From positions 1 to 64,000 of IMG/VR virus record IMGVR_UViG_3300032236_000815: a stretch of 64,000 nucleotides of DNA; one strand, 5' to 3'. Below the pieces are notes generated by a model. It did not search any database. It saw nothing but the letters and a program-made list of their open reading frames with translations, and was not told where the DNA came from. Positions 1 to 10,900 of this stretch are shown here, one piece after another; position 1 is the stretch's first letter, and each line of letters opens with the position of its first letter. Origin of the DNA: a virus. Both the position numbers and the translations under genes were made by a program.

Positions 1-1
1 A

Positions 2-238
2 TTGGTTGGATACAAAGGTTCGAGCGAGGCTGATGCAGCAGCGTTCTATTGCCCATACATTCCATTGATGAGCAGTGGCGTTGTTTTAGATCCATCAACA
101 TTTGAACCAGTCGTATCATTCATGACACGTTATGGTTATGTTGAGTTGTCAAATACTGCATCTAGCTTGGGTAACGCCGCTGACTACTTAGGTAAAGTTG
201 GTTTAGGATCAACATACCAGAACGTTAAGTTCAGCTAA
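2..238 (+). CDS. gp23: Major capsid protein, T4 gp23-like (C-terminal fragment; gene begins before the window)
   Basis: GYKG...FYCPYIPL...DPSTFEP...FMTRYG is the characteristic gp23 C-terminal signature; followed by a strong terminator. Confidence 0.95.
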   Translation: MVGYKGSSEADAAAFYCPYIPLMSSGVVLDPSTFEPVVSFMTRYGYVELSNTASSLGNAADYLGKVGLGSTYQNVKFS

Positions 239-265
239 ATCGAACCTACTAGGTTTATTAGTAAC

Positions 266-298
266 AAACAAAGGGATCTTCGGATCCCTTTTGTTTTG
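266..298 (+). terminator. Rho-independent terminator after the capsid gene
   Basis: AAGGGATC-TTCG-GATCCCTT (271-290), cUUCGg tetraloop, followed by TTGTTTT. Confidence 0.9.
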
Positions 299-300
299 AT

Positions 301-306
301 TAAATA
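301..306 (+). promoter_or_regulatory. Late promoter core TAAATA (T4 gp55-type)
   Basis: TAAATA 4 nt upstream of ATG 311; the same motif recurs ahead of many structural genes in the window. Confidence 0.65.
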
Positions 307-310
307 CTAG

Positions 311-892
311 ATGACAACAACTTCTTTTATTTTTCCAGCTACAGTTAATCAAGTTTCGATCCCTAACGAAATAACTGGATGGAATTCTATCCCGTGGCAC
401 AACTTAGATTTAGTAGTATCAACTGATTCTTATGCATCTACTACAGAAGGATTGTATACTATTAGCGGCTTGTGGATGGAAAAGTTTTTAACTAACACTA
501 ATCAAATATGGTTAACTAATTTTCATATTCCTAACACTGGCCGCACTATTGCTGGCATAGAATTTCAGTTAAATGTAAAACGTCTTGCTAGAATAGAAGA
601 TTTAATTGTACAGTTAACTTATGATGGAGATTTAATAGGAGATAATCGTGCAAGTACTATAAATCCTGTGCAAAGCAACATGTACACAGGCGACTTTGAC
701 GCTCCACCAGTACCACTTGCAGATTATAATATCTACGGAAGCCCTACCGATTTATGGGGAGCAACTATAACAAATGCAATGCTATCGGACCCGTCGTTTG
801 GTGTTGTAGTAAGCCTTAAAAGTAATCAGATTTACCCGCACAGAGATTTAGCACTGGTTAACCAAGTTGCATTAAGAATCACCTACGCATAA
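311..892 (+). CDS. Hypothetical protein, probably virion-associated (beta-rich)
   Basis: 193-aa ORF with its own late promoter, directly after the capsid gene; no family recognised. Confidence 0.75.
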   Translation: MTTTSFIFPATVNQVSIPNEITGWNSIPWHNLDLVVSTDSYASTTEGLYTISGLWMEKFLTNTNQIWLTNFHIPNTGRTIAGIEFQLNVKRLARIEDLIVQLTYDGDLIGDNRASTINPVQSNMYTGDFDAPPVPLADYNIYGSPTDLWGATITNAMLSDPSFGVVVSLKSNQIYPHRDLALVNQVALRITYA

Positions 893-895
893 ATA
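890..895 (+). promoter_or_regulatory. Late promoter core TAAATA
   Basis: ATAAATA overlapping the stop codon of the previous ORF, upstream of a structured leader. Confidence 0.6.
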
Positions 896-903
896 CATAG
901 TAC

Positions 904-966
904 GACTCACATGGGGTGAGTTTTATGCAGAAATCCAACTGCGTACGGCCTAGAACGCCGTTTTTC
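904..966 (+). ncRNA. Candidate structured 5' leader with three tandem hairpins
   Basis: GACTCAC/GTGAGTT (904-922), TATGCAG/CTGCGTA (924-945), CGGC/GCCG (946-960), then TTTTT; lies between the late promoter and the AGGAG RBS. Confidence 0.5.
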
Positions 967-983
967 TATTAGGAGAAAACAAA

Positions 984-2033
984 ATGGGACGTCCCTTAAA
1001 TAAAAAATATTTTGGTAACCGTAATATTGGTACCAATCGCCCAACTGATGATATGATCGGTGGTCAAGGCGTAGGAAGTGTTAGCCAACCAAGTGGCGGC
1101 GCTGGTAGCTTTGTTGTTAACCAGACATATCAAAACTTTCCAACACTAACAGCATCAGCACCAACTATTGCTAACGGTACAACAGCAGTTCTATCGCCAG
1201 TGTTTGAAATTGAAACAGTTACATACGCATCAGGTGGTGCAACAGGCTACGCTAACGGTCTATCAACCAGCATCTCAGGTATGGGTGGTGGCGCTGTGGT
1301 CAACATCGTGCTAACAACTGGTGCAGTATCATCTGTTAACTTGACTGGTGGCAACCGTGGCGAATTCCGTCGTGGTGATATTACTGGTGTTGGTCTTACT
1401 ACATTTAACGTAAGACAAACTCCTAATGCTGGTACAGACTTGCAAATCAACGTAACTTTCCGTGTTAAGCGTATTGAAGTTACTAATAGCGGTTCAGGTT
1501 ATGTTACAGCTCCATCATTGTCATGGGGTGGACATACATTTACTGGTCAAACAGCTCCATCGTTGAACGTTGTAACAATGGCAACAGACACTGGTGCAGT
1601 TGGTTCTGCAACATATGAAGAAAATGCTATTATAGCATGGGCATATACTGGCGGCCAGTTTGTTGAAGTTGACTTACAAAAACAAATTTCAACAAAACGT
1701 TATCGTTTCAACAAGACAGGCGAAGTAAGTCGTGTTGGTGTTGAAATTGGTCGTATTCGTTATGACCACGTTGCGGACGGTACTGGCGGATATACAGCGG
1801 CTCAAGGTAAAGAACTAAACATTTTTGCTACTGACGCTTCTGGCGGAACATACTTAGTTCGTAAGTTGTACAACCGTACATGTACTTTGTATCCATTTGC
1901 AGTTGGTAGTTCTCTTGCTACTGCTACTGGTTTACCACAAAGTTCAGCAGGTACATTGTACACACGTGGCGAACAAGTTAAATGGTCTTTCGCGGCAGCT
2001 TCAGCTGGCGTTGTACAGATTCAAAACGCTTAA
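984..2033 (+). CDS. Putative virion structural protein (Gly/Thr-rich)
   Basis: 349 aa, AGGAG RBS, GSGYVTAPSL motif typical of phage fibre/decoration proteins. Confidence 0.75.
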   Translation: MGRPLNKKYFGNRNIGTNRPTDDMIGGQGVGSVSQPSGGAGSFVVNQTYQNFPTLTASAPTIANGTTAVLSPVFEIETVTYASGGATGYANGLSTSISGMGGGAVVNIVLTTGAVSSVNLTGGNRGEFRRGDITGVGLTTFNVRQTPNAGTDLQINVTFRVKRIEVTNSGSGYVTAPSLSWGGHTFTGQTAPSLNVVTMATDTGAVGSATYEENAIIAWAYTGGQFVEVDLQKQISTKRYRFNKTGEVSRVGVEIGRIRYDHVADGTGGYTAAQGKELNIFATDASGGTYLVRKLYNRTCTLYPFAVGSSLATATGLPQSSAGTLYTRGEQVKWSFAAASAGVVQIQNA

Positions 2034-2042
2034 TATAAAAAT

Positions 2043-2060
2043 CGGGGACTTCAGTCCCCG
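2043..2060 (+). other. GC-rich intergenic hairpin (mRNA stabiliser or partial terminator)
   Basis: CGGGGAC-TTCA-GTCCCCG; no U-tract on the + strand. Confidence 0.6.
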
Positions 2061-2072
2061 TAAGGATTATTC

Positions 2073-3071
2073 ATGTCAAGAATTTTAAAAGTTAGTGGTG
2101 GTGATTACAGACTACAAGTACAAACAAGTGGCAATATTATATTGGACACACAAAGTACTTCAGGTACAGTCACGGTCATTGGCAATCTTGATGTAAAAGG
2201 AAATGTTTCGTACATTGAAAGTACAAACACACAAATTACTGATAATATAATTCAACTTAACATTGGACAAACAGGCAACGGTATCGGTGCCGCCAACAGT
2301 TATGTATCAGGTATTGAGGTAGAGCGCGGCAATTATAGTCCAGCTCAAATTATTTTTAACGAACAAGTAACACACTACGATTCGTTCACTAGTTCTAATG
2401 TAAGCGGAACTTGGAGTGCAAGAACTGCTGATGGTAAGTTAAACGGAATTCAACTAAGAACAATTACTAGCGATGGACTTTCTGATATCATTTTTGATAT
2501 GCAAAATCAAAATCCGGTATTAAGAATTGCCAATACTAACAACTATTACTTGCGTATGCAAGATCCAAACGATATTCCAAACTTACAGTACATACAGAAC
2601 TATGTTTTAAGTACATATACAACTGGAGTACCGGGTGTTGCGATTGTTGACAGAGTAATGTATCCAGCACAAACTGGAACAACTTTAGCAAATGCACAAA
2701 GTTCTTTGGAAGTAAACGCTACAAATATTGTATTTCAAGTAGCACAAGCAAACGTAGCTGTAATAAGTACATCAGGTGTAGCATCTGGTAATGTACAAGT
2801 AGGCGGTAACAGCACACCTAACACAATTACAAACACAAGCTCAAACAATTTAATTTTAACTGCAACCAATGGTAACGTTGAAGTAAACGCGGTAGTAAAT
2901 TTAGATAATCAATCTAGTGATCCAACATACGCTTCGGGCAAAACAAAGTTATATTCAAGTGCCACAGTTGGCCCTGCTAATACTGGAATTTACTTTACAA
3001 ATTCTGCCAATCAAATACCTGATGAATTGATAAGTAGACGTAGAGCAGTTCTGTTGAGCATATTATTATAA
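2073..3071 (+). CDS. Putative fibre/structural protein
   Basis: 332 aa; VIGNLDVKG..I.DNIIQLN...SGIEVERG fibre-type motif; hydrophobic C-terminus AVLLSILL. Confidence 0.7.
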   Translation: MSRILKVSGGDYRLQVQTSGNIILDTQSTSGTVTVIGNLDVKGNVSYIESTNTQITDNIIQLNIGQTGNGIGAANSYVSGIEVERGNYSPAQIIFNEQVTHYDSFTSSNVSGTWSARTADGKLNGIQLRTITSDGLSDIIFDMQNQNPVLRIANTNNYYLRMQDPNDIPNLQYIQNYVLSTYTTGVPGVAIVDRVMYPAQTGTTLANAQSSLEVNATNIVFQVAQANVAVISTSGVASGNVQVGGNSTPNTITNTSSNNLILTATNGNVEVNAVVNLDNQSSDPTYASGKTKLYSSATVGPANTGIYFTNSANQIPDELISRRRAVLLSILL

Positions 3072-3080
3072 GGAACAAAC

Positions 3081-3413
3081 ATGGCAATTCAATCGTATCA
3101 GATAGGTAGTGCAAACACAAACTATACAGTTTACACCAGTACAACTAGTGGAAGCCAGATTGGTAATGCTCTTACAACAATGATCATTTGCAATACAAGT
3201 AGTAGTACAACAGCAACAGTAACTATGTATGCAGTTACAAACGGTAGTTCTGCTTCTACAACCAACATGATTATCAATGCCTTGAGTATTCCAGGCGGAG
3301 AAACTGTAAGTTTAGATCAAGAAAAGTTAGTTTTAGGTTCTGGCGACTTTATTGTTGCATCGTGTAACCAAGCTAATCTTTTATCAATAACAGTGAGCAC
3401 AATTCCAGTATAA
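3081..3413 (+). CDS. Small virion protein, paralogue 1 of a ~110-aa family
   Basis: ICN...IPGGETV...EKLVL pattern shared with 7190..7522 and more loosely 28844..29164. Confidence 0.7.
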   Translation: MAIQSYQIGSANTNYTVYTSTTSGSQIGNALTTMIICNTSSSTTATVTMYAVTNGSSASTTNMIINALSIPGGETVSLDQEKLVLGSGDFIVASCNQANLLSITVSTIPV

Positions 3414-4441
3414 TGAGATACTTAAAACGTCAAACTCTTAATCGCAGAATTGCAAACGATCCATCTTTGTATGTTGATACTAAAGATGTTAATGTTATTA
3501 TGGGTGTTACAAACAGTCTAGTATTACCTAAAGGCGGCACTGCACAACAACCTGGCTATGCTGGAAATACAGATACAGCAACTCCTATTAACGGAATGAT
3601 TCGCTATAATAGCGACACTGATCAGTTTGAAGGATATCAAAATAACGCATGGCGTACATTTAGATTTAAAGAGTCTGTTGGCATTGTACAGCAGAATTTA
3701 GGTGCCGGCGACAGTAATAACTTATACTTTGGACCATTAAATCCTGCACCGCCTAGCACAGTTCAAAGTGGTAGCTCGTGGGGTGGTCAAAACATTTTAG
3801 TTGTAGTTGAAAACGTTCTTCAGTTGAATAACATCAACTATACAGTTGTACAAAACCCAACACTTCCAGCAGAAACATACACTCCAACTACAAGTTTTGC
3901 GGCAACAACTGGCTCTACAGTCTTGTACTTTAATACTAGTCTAAATGCTACAAGTGCTAGCTGGACCGGCAACGTAGCAACAATTACTTTTGCTACACAA
4001 TTACAAACTCCGTTTGCTGTTGGGTCAAGTATTATTGTAACAGGTTTTAGTCCTAGTGGTTATAACGGTACATTTACTGTCACTGGCGGCACAACCAGTA
4101 CAGTAACTTATGCGTTATTATCAAACCCAGGATCATTTCAGTATGCTGGTGCTGTAACAAGTAGTGCGGCTGTATTCCCAGCAGTAAACATTACTGGTGC
4201 CACAGTAACTGGTACAAATATTCAGTCAAGTACAACAGTTGTAAGCTATACAACTGATCCAAATACCGATGCTTTAACCAGTATTACACTGAATAAAGCA
4301 ACTGTAACATCTACTATTGCTGTCAATACTACAATTACTATTGCTGAAAGCACACAATCTGGTTCAGGCTATTACTTGAAGTTCAGTACTCCGGTTCCTT
4401 ATGGAAAAGTTGTTATAGCACTGATCGGCTTCGATCAATAA
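3413..4441 (+). CDS. Putative fibre/structural protein
   Basis: LVLPKG...GMIRYNSDTDQFEGY fibre motif; Thr-rich inserted modules; TAATG stop/start coupling with the previous gene. Confidence 0.75.
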   Translation: MRYLKRQTLNRRIANDPSLYVDTKDVNVIMGVTNSLVLPKGGTAQQPGYAGNTDTATPINGMIRYNSDTDQFEGYQNNAWRTFRFKESVGIVQQNLGAGDSNNLYFGPLNPAPPSTVQSGSSWGGQNILVVVENVLQLNNINYTVVQNPTLPAETYTPTTSFAATTGSTVLYFNTSLNATSASWTGNVATITFATQLQTPFAVGSSIIVTGFSPSGYNGTFTVTGGTTSTVTYALLSNPGSFQYAGAVTSSAAVFPAVNITGATVTGTNIQSSTTVVSYTTDPNTDALTSITLNKATVTSTIAVNTTITIAESTQSGSGYYLKFSTPVPYGKVVIALIGFDQ

Positions 4442-4453
4442 TCGGAGTAATTT

Positions 4454-5551
4454 ATGGCCCAAATAGGTAGAATTGGCGGCCCACTACTAGCAGATAACTT
4501 ACTACGCAATGGTTCTAATATTGCGTTTGAAACCAGTCTCTTATACGTAGACGTTGTTAATAATCGAATAGGTATTAACACTTCTAGCCCAGGTGTTGAC
4601 CTGTATGTTGCCAATACTATGGATACTGATATCATGTCGGTAGCTTCATTTATTGAGGTTAATGGCAATAGTATCCTGGCTGGAAACATCTTCTATCATT
4701 ACTTTGGTAACTTAGTATTACAACCAGATCAAACTACTAATCCTACAATTACAACGCCAGCACTAGCAACCGACGGACTGTACATTGCAGGAAATGCAAT
4801 CTTAAACGGACTAAATTTAACAGGTACTATTCCTGATGATTTAGTATTAACTCCAAACGGAACTGGCCAACTTATATCAAACAGCGATGTTTTAGTTAAT
4901 GCAAACTTACACGCAACTGGAGATATAACATTTGACGGCAATGTTACACTAGGTGATGCAAGTACTGATAGAATTACTATTACCGCTGAAGTTAAGAGTG
5001 ATATTTTACCAAGTGCAAACAATACATATAAATTGGGTTCATCTAGTTTAAAGTGGAATTCTTTAAATGCTAACGCTTTAAATGTTAATTCTATTAGTCC
5101 TAGTTCGCTTACTGTTACAACATTAAATGCCGGTAATTTATCAATCACTGGCACCACAATTACTAATACATTAACAAATACTAACTTAAACTTTACACCC
5201 AACGGCACTGGTCAAGTATTAGTTAACGGCAGTCCTGTACAGTATGTTAATGGGAATAATCTTGTAAATCCGTACCCCGGAACTGATTTAATTTTTGGAT
5301 CTATTAATACAGGTGTTAGTTCTGGGCACTTTAAATTTAGTGGAACATCGGGTGTTGTAATACCTAACGGTACTTCTACACAATATCCAAGCAATCCTGA
5401 AACTGGTGCAATACGATATAATACTCAGGTCGGTTATGCTGAGATTTTTAGTGGAACACAGTGGCAAGCCGCCGCAGGTGTTGCAAACAATGCCACGGTC
5501 AACGATGTGACCGATGTGTCAGTATTATACTCCATCCTCTTTGGGTTTTAA
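4454..5551 (+). CDS. Putative tail fibre protein (paralogue of 5690..7186)
   Basis: N-terminus GRIGGPLLADNLLRNG...LYVDVVNNRIGINT; SDILPSANNTYKLGSSSLKW; GAIRYNT motif. Confidence 0.75.
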   Translation: MAQIGRIGGPLLADNLLRNGSNIAFETSLLYVDVVNNRIGINTSSPGVDLYVANTMDTDIMSVASFIEVNGNSILAGNIFYHYFGNLVLQPDQTTNPTITTPALATDGLYIAGNAILNGLNLTGTIPDDLVLTPNGTGQLISNSDVLVNANLHATGDITFDGNVTLGDASTDRITITAEVKSDILPSANNTYKLGSSSLKWNSLNANALNVNSISPSSLTVTTLNAGNLSITGTTITNTLTNTNLNFTPNGTGQVLVNGSPVQYVNGNNLVNPYPGTDLIFGSINTGVSSGHFKFSGTSGVVIPNGTSTQYPSNPETGAIRYNTQVGYAEIFSGTQWQAAAGVANNATVNDVTDVSVLYSILFGF

Positions 5552-5561
5552 ACCAATTAGC

Positions 5562-5567
5562 TAAATA
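5562..5567 (+). promoter_or_regulatory. Late promoter core TAAATA
   Basis: CTAAATA at the start of the 138-bp intergenic region. Confidence 0.6.
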
Positions 5568-5575
5568 CTATTACT

Positions 5576-5672
5576 GTAAGATTTGACCAAAATCTTACGA
5601 TATCCGACTGTGGTAAACCCGCAAAGAGCCCTTAGAGCAAGGGATGAAAATGAGGTTATCCGTGAAACGCGG
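5576..5672 (+). ncRNA. Candidate structured 5' leader with four hairpins
   Basis: GTAAGATTT/AAATCTTAC (5576-5598, 9 bp perfect), TGTGG/CCGCA (5609-5623), CCCTT/AAGGG (5629-5643), CCGTG/CGCGG (5660-5672), then AAGGAG RBS. Confidence 0.55.
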
Positions 5673-5689
5673 TGTACTAAGGAGCGTAA

Positions 5690-7186
5690 ATGGCTGTTGG
5701 TCGTATTTCGGGTCCGCTCTTAAAGGATAACCTCCTTCGCAACGGGGTTAACTTAGCCTTTGAGACGAACTTACTTTACCTAGATGTTGTAAACGGCCGC
5801 GTGGGCATCAATACAGCAACGCCTTCAAACGATCTTAGTGTTAATGGTACCACAACAACCAACAATTTATTTGCTAGAACATCAGCAACAGTCGGAACAT
5901 TCACACTTACTGGAAATACATTATCCAGCACCAGCAGTCAAATTAATTTATTACCTCAAGGTAGCTATCCTGTAGTATATCAAGGTACAATTAATGTTGG
6001 CAATTTAGCAATCACAGCTAACAGTATTACAGCTACAAATGCTAACGGCAACCTTATTTTAGCAGGATATGGTGCTGGACAAGTTCAAATTGCATCAAAT
6101 ACTTTAATTAACGGTAACTTACACGCTACTGGTAATATTACTGCTGACGGAAATATTCAACTTGGTAATCAAACATCTGATACAATTAGCTTCACAGGCG
6201 AAGTTAATAGCGATATTTTACCAAGTGCAAACAACACATACAATTTAGGTTCAAATAGTCTAAATTGGAACAATGTATATGCTACAACAGCAACAGTTAG
6301 TTCTGTATCAGCAACAACTGTAACAGCAACAGATTTCCAAACTGCTGGTATTGATATCAGCGGAACTACAATTAGTACGCTAGCGGCTAATAGTAACCTT
6401 AATTTTGTTACTACTGGTACTGGCGGTATCGTTTTAAATAATTTAAAATTTTATCAAAATACAATTACAAATATATCGCCCGGCGCAGTAACTAGCTTTA
6501 CAGAAACAGCTAAAGTAGTTACATTTACGGGAAGTATTGCTAATGGTACAGCCGTTACATTTACAGGAAGCATTAGCGGATCAACACTGACAGTTACATC
6601 AACTCCGTCAGGAACAGGACTAGCAGTTGGATTAGTTATTGGCGGTACAAGTGTATTAGCTGGCACATATATTACAGCAAATCTTACAGGAACTGGCACA
6701 AGTTCTAGTAGCACTTGGACTGTAAGCAACAGTCAAGTAGTTGGATCGGAAGCAATGACTGCGGTTCAAGTTACACTAACTGTTACAGGATCTCCATCTG
6801 GAACGATACAAAACGGTATGTTAATTACTGGTGGAACTGTTGCAACTAACACTAATATTATTGGATTAGGTAGCGGTTCAGGTAGCGCAGGAACATATTA
6901 CTTGGGAGTCGCGCAGACTGTTGTATCTTCTAGTTTAACTGGTACAATTACTGGATTTGTAAACTTTTCAGGAACTTACGGTGTTGTAATTCCAACAGGT
7001 AACGGCACAACAGATAGACCAAGTTTAGCAACAACTGAAGTTGGTATGATTCGTTTTAATACAGACCAACAATATGTTGAAGTTTACAACGGAATTGTAT
7101 GGACAAGTATTGCTGGAGCCACTAGTGGTGTAAGTATTAATTCAGCTACTGATATCGCATTAGGTATCGTCTTGAGTTTAGGATAA
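5690..7186 (+). CDS. Putative tail fibre protein (paralogue of 4454..5551)
   Basis: GRISGPLLKDNLLRNG N-terminus, SDILPSANNTYNLG, GMIRFNTD motif, hydrophobic C-terminus IALGIVLSLG. Confidence 0.75.
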   Translation: MAVGRISGPLLKDNLLRNGVNLAFETNLLYLDVVNGRVGINTATPSNDLSVNGTTTTNNLFARTSATVGTFTLTGNTLSSTSSQINLLPQGSYPVVYQGTINVGNLAITANSITATNANGNLILAGYGAGQVQIASNTLINGNLHATGNITADGNIQLGNQTSDTISFTGEVNSDILPSANNTYNLGSNSLNWNNVYATTATVSSVSATTVTATDFQTAGIDISGTTISTLAANSNLNFVTTGTGGIVLNNLKFYQNTITNISPGAVTSFTETAKVVTFTGSIANGTAVTFTGSISGSTLTVTSTPSGTGLAVGLVIGGTSVLAGTYITANLTGTGTSSSSTWTVSNSQVVGSEAMTAVQVTLTVTGSPSGTIQNGMLITGGTVATNTNIIGLGSGSGSAGTYYLGVAQTVVSSSLTGTITGFVNFSGTYGVVIPTGNGTTDRPSLATTEVGMIRFNTDQQYVEVYNGIVWTSIAGATSGVSINSATDIALGIVLSLG

Positions 7187-7189
7187 ACA

Positions 7190-7522
7190 ATGACTACAGC
7201 ATTTAAGAATAAATTAACAACAAGTCTAGGCGCAGGCCCAGCAACAGTTATGACTAGTAACGCTAGTGCTAATACTACAGTTATTGGTTTTAGTTTGACT
7301 AATACTACAGCGTATTTTGTCACAGTTACAGTACAGTTACAAGATACAATCGCAGGAACTTCATCATACTATATTAGTAATGTAGTAGTTCCAGCTAACC
7401 AAAGTTTAAGAATAGTTACAGGCGGCGAAAAATTAATCTTAGGGCCAAGCACTAATGTTATAATAACCACAAGTATGGCTAATAGTCTCGATTTAGTAAT
7501 GAGCTACGTTGAGATCAGTTAA
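7190..7522 (+). CDS. Small virion protein, paralogue 2 of the ~110-aa family
   Basis: TVIGFSLTN...VPANQSL...GEKLIL...SYVEIS. Confidence 0.7.
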   Translation: MTTAFKNKLTTSLGAGPATVMTSNASANTTVIGFSLTNTTAYFVTVTVQLQDTIAGTSSYYISNVVVPANQSLRIVTGGEKLILGPSTNVIITTSMANSLDLVMSYVEIS

Positions 7523-7533
7523 GGAGCAAGATA

Positions 7534-7920
7534 ATGGGACCACAGTATGTCGGAGCAGTTGCTGAACAAGGATTGTTTGGTGATAACAAAAGATTTTTCT
7601 ACGCATTATACAGAGATGACGTTGGAAACTTGTACTATTGGAAAATTGATCAACTAACAGACACCGCAGGTTACATTGTAAATAACCCCGGGCTTGCTCA
7701 AAACGACTTCCAAGAGTTTGAATACGGCGTTGACTTTTTTGACGGACGTTTAGCAACGGACCACAGTCGCCCATACACTAACTTGGCATTTGATCAATAT
7801 CGTTGGGATAATCAGAACATCAATTATTATATTAGTACAGCATCAGGTGCAAACAAAGGACAGTTTGTAGCTAGAGTAAATCAACCATATACTTACGCTG
7901 CCGGACAACAAATATCATAA
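7534..7920 (+). CDS. Hypothetical protein (aromatic-rich, probably structural)
   Basis: 128 aa with AAGGAG RBS within the structural operon. Confidence 0.7.
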   Translation: MGPQYVGAVAEQGLFGDNKRFFYALYRDDVGNLYYWKIDQLTDTAGYIVNNPGLAQNDFQEFEYGVDFFDGRLATDHSRPYTNLAFDQYRWDNQNINYYISTASGANKGQFVARVNQPYTYAAGQQIS

Positions 7921-7942
7921 TTAAAGAATAGAGGAATAAAAC

Positions 7943-10900
7943 ATGGCAGAGTTTAAACTAGCTAGATTGCGTTTTACATGGAATGGTACATGGTTACCAG
8001 GCACTGTGTATAACCGAGACGCGATCGTTCAGTATAACGGTAAGAGTTACGTATGTCTAGTACCAAACACTTCTAGTACAGTATTTGAAACAGACTTAAA
8101 TGCACCAATCCCAATTTGGAGTTTATTGATTGATGGTAAACAATGGAATGGTGCTTGGGTAACTGGAACAGCATACGGTGTAGGCGATATCGTTACATAC
8201 GGCGGAGCAGTTTATATCTGTAGTACTAAAAATGTCAGCACTACATTCACAGCAGATCAAGCAAACTGGACTATCTTAGTTCAAAATGACAAATGGGAAG
8301 GCGCCTGGACAAACAATACAGCATATGGTATTGGTGATATTGTTAGTTACGGCGGCATTGTTTATCGTTGTTTAGTTGACCATACTTCTTTAAATCAGTT
8401 AGATGCTAATCCTTCATACTGGGCAGTATACGATAACGGTTTAAATTACAAAGGCAATTTTACTTCAGCTACAAATTATAAGTTAAATGATATTGTTAAA
8501 GTAAACGCAGAATTGTTTATTTGTACAACTGCACATACATCAGCTGGCGGATTTAATCCTGCAAACTGGACATTATGGATGCCTGGCGAAGACTGGAAAG
8601 GCAGCTGGGATACTGCTGTCATGTATCAGATTGGCGATATTGTCAGTTATGGCGGCTACGATTATGTTGCGGTTACTGCTAACAATATAGCAAACAACCC
8701 TGCCGCTTCAGTAGGTGTTAACTGGAATACCATTGCTACTGGCTATAGTTTCCAAGCTGAGTGGCAATCTAGCACAACCTATAGAGTTGGTGCAGTAGTT
8801 ACTAGACACGGTCAAGTGTTTGATGCGACAGCAGATAACACTAATCAAGACCCTACTGGCGGTTTAGCAGTTGCGGCCACTTATAACCCAACTGGTAGTA
8901 GCGGTACAACTCTCAACGTTACTGGTGTTTACTTAATTCAAATTGTTCCTGGTATGACTGTCACCGGTCCTGGTTTTACTAGCGGTCAAACAGTAATTAG
9001 TAATACTGGAACTGCTTATGCGGCAACTATTGTACTAAGTGCGCCTCCTGAAGGCACACCAAGCTCAATGAGCTTTGTAGGTATCAACCAAGGATTCTGG
9101 AAACTAGTAACACCTGGTGTATTCTGGAAAGGATTCTGGGCACAAAACATTAACTATGTATTTGGTGATTTAAGTGTATGGCAAAATGCAACATATCGTT
9201 GTATTCAAGGACATACAAGTATTCCAGCATTGCGACCTGATTTAGATACTAATAATCAATATTGGGTAGTTTATTTGTACCATGCACGTCGTAACGCTGG
9301 ACAAACAACCGGTGACTTGACAACAAATAGTAACGGTTCAAACATTGCACTACCGATTGGTCCAAGTACTTACAGCTTAAGAGCTACAAACAATCTTCCA
9401 GGCTGGAGATATATTACTCCATTAGCTAACGTATATTATGTAGATACTGCAATTGGTCAGGATATTAGCACTTGCGGAACAACTTATGACCAACCTTGGA
9501 AAACAATCGCATACGCTTGCCAAGTTTTATTAGCAGGAACACAAAATAAAAACGCTGAAAGTTTCTTAATAGCAAATAAGAGTTTTATTATTGCAGAAAT
9601 GTATCAGTGGATGTTGTACCAAGTGGCACAACAAATTTCTCCGTTCACTTCTTCATCAGTATTTGATGCTACTAAAACTCAACGCGATGCTGGATTTGTT
9701 TTAGATGCAATTATCTATGACCTAGCCCGCGGTGGAAATAGTCAAACAGTTGCGGCAACATTAGCTTATTTTAACACAGCCGGTACATACTATAACTCAG
9801 CAGTCACAACAGAAATTTCTTATTTCACAGCATCGTTAACTTATTTAGGCACGCTAGTTCAAAACGTATTGAACAATACTGCGCCAGCTGTAAGCTATCA
9901 ATTGGTTAATAATGTGGCTGCAGGAAATAGAATCAGTCAAGTAATCAATAATAGCACAGCAGTTTCTGAAACAGGATCGACTACGCCAGCAACTGGAAGC
10001 ACTATTAACGTAGGTAACTATGCTAACATTGCATGGACATTAAATGGTATTCAAAATCAACAATTAAATTTAGTAAGAGGCGCAACATATTATTTCTATC
10101 TAAGTCTTGCAGGTCAAACATTTAATATTCAAACTACAAGCGGTGGTTATGTTTCTGCTAATCAATGGACACAAGGTGTAACTGGTAACGGTTCAACTAC
10201 TGGTACTGTTACATTTACAGTTCCATTCAGTGCTCCAAATAGATTATATATTCAAGATTCATCACAGCCAACGTTGTTTACACAACTAAACATTTATGAT
10301 TCTAGTGCTACAATCACTAATCAACCAAGTGCAGTTTCAGCGGCCTCTACTCTTGTAAGTATATTAACTACAGCGTTGAGTACACAAACTACTGCGGCAG
10401 TTCCAGCACCTAACACAGGTATTAGTGCAACAATTTTTGTTAAGACAGGTACATATAACGAGTCATTACCAATTGTAGTTCCAGCTAACGTTGCAATTTA
10501 TGGCGATGAATTGAGAGGTGTAGTAGTACAACCTAAAGTTATTGTCAACACATATACAACTCAGAATACATCAACTAAATTTATAGTAACTACTACTGCA
10601 AGTATGTATGATCAGTGCCCAGTTCAATTTGCCGGTACTGTGTTTGGTGGAATTACCATTGGCCAAACATATTATGTTGTTGGATCATCTATAACTCCAA
10701 CTACATTTAGTATTAGTGCAACACCTGGCGGATCAGTAATAGGATTAAGTACTGGTAGTCTTGGAGCAATGTATGTATATGGAGGCGATGCATTAAAGAA
10801 TATGTTCTTAATGCGTAATGGTACAGGTTTACGTAATTTAACATTAAATGGTTTACTAGGTACGCTATCGGCTGTAAATGCATATCAAACAGCACGACCA

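Noticed and set aside
5610-5662. c-di-GMP-I (GEMM) riboswitch, suggested by GGTAAAC, CGCAAAG and GGTTATC fragments
   Set aside because: The GNRA-capped P2 stem between GGYAAA and CGCAAAG is missing; kept only as an unclassified structured leader.
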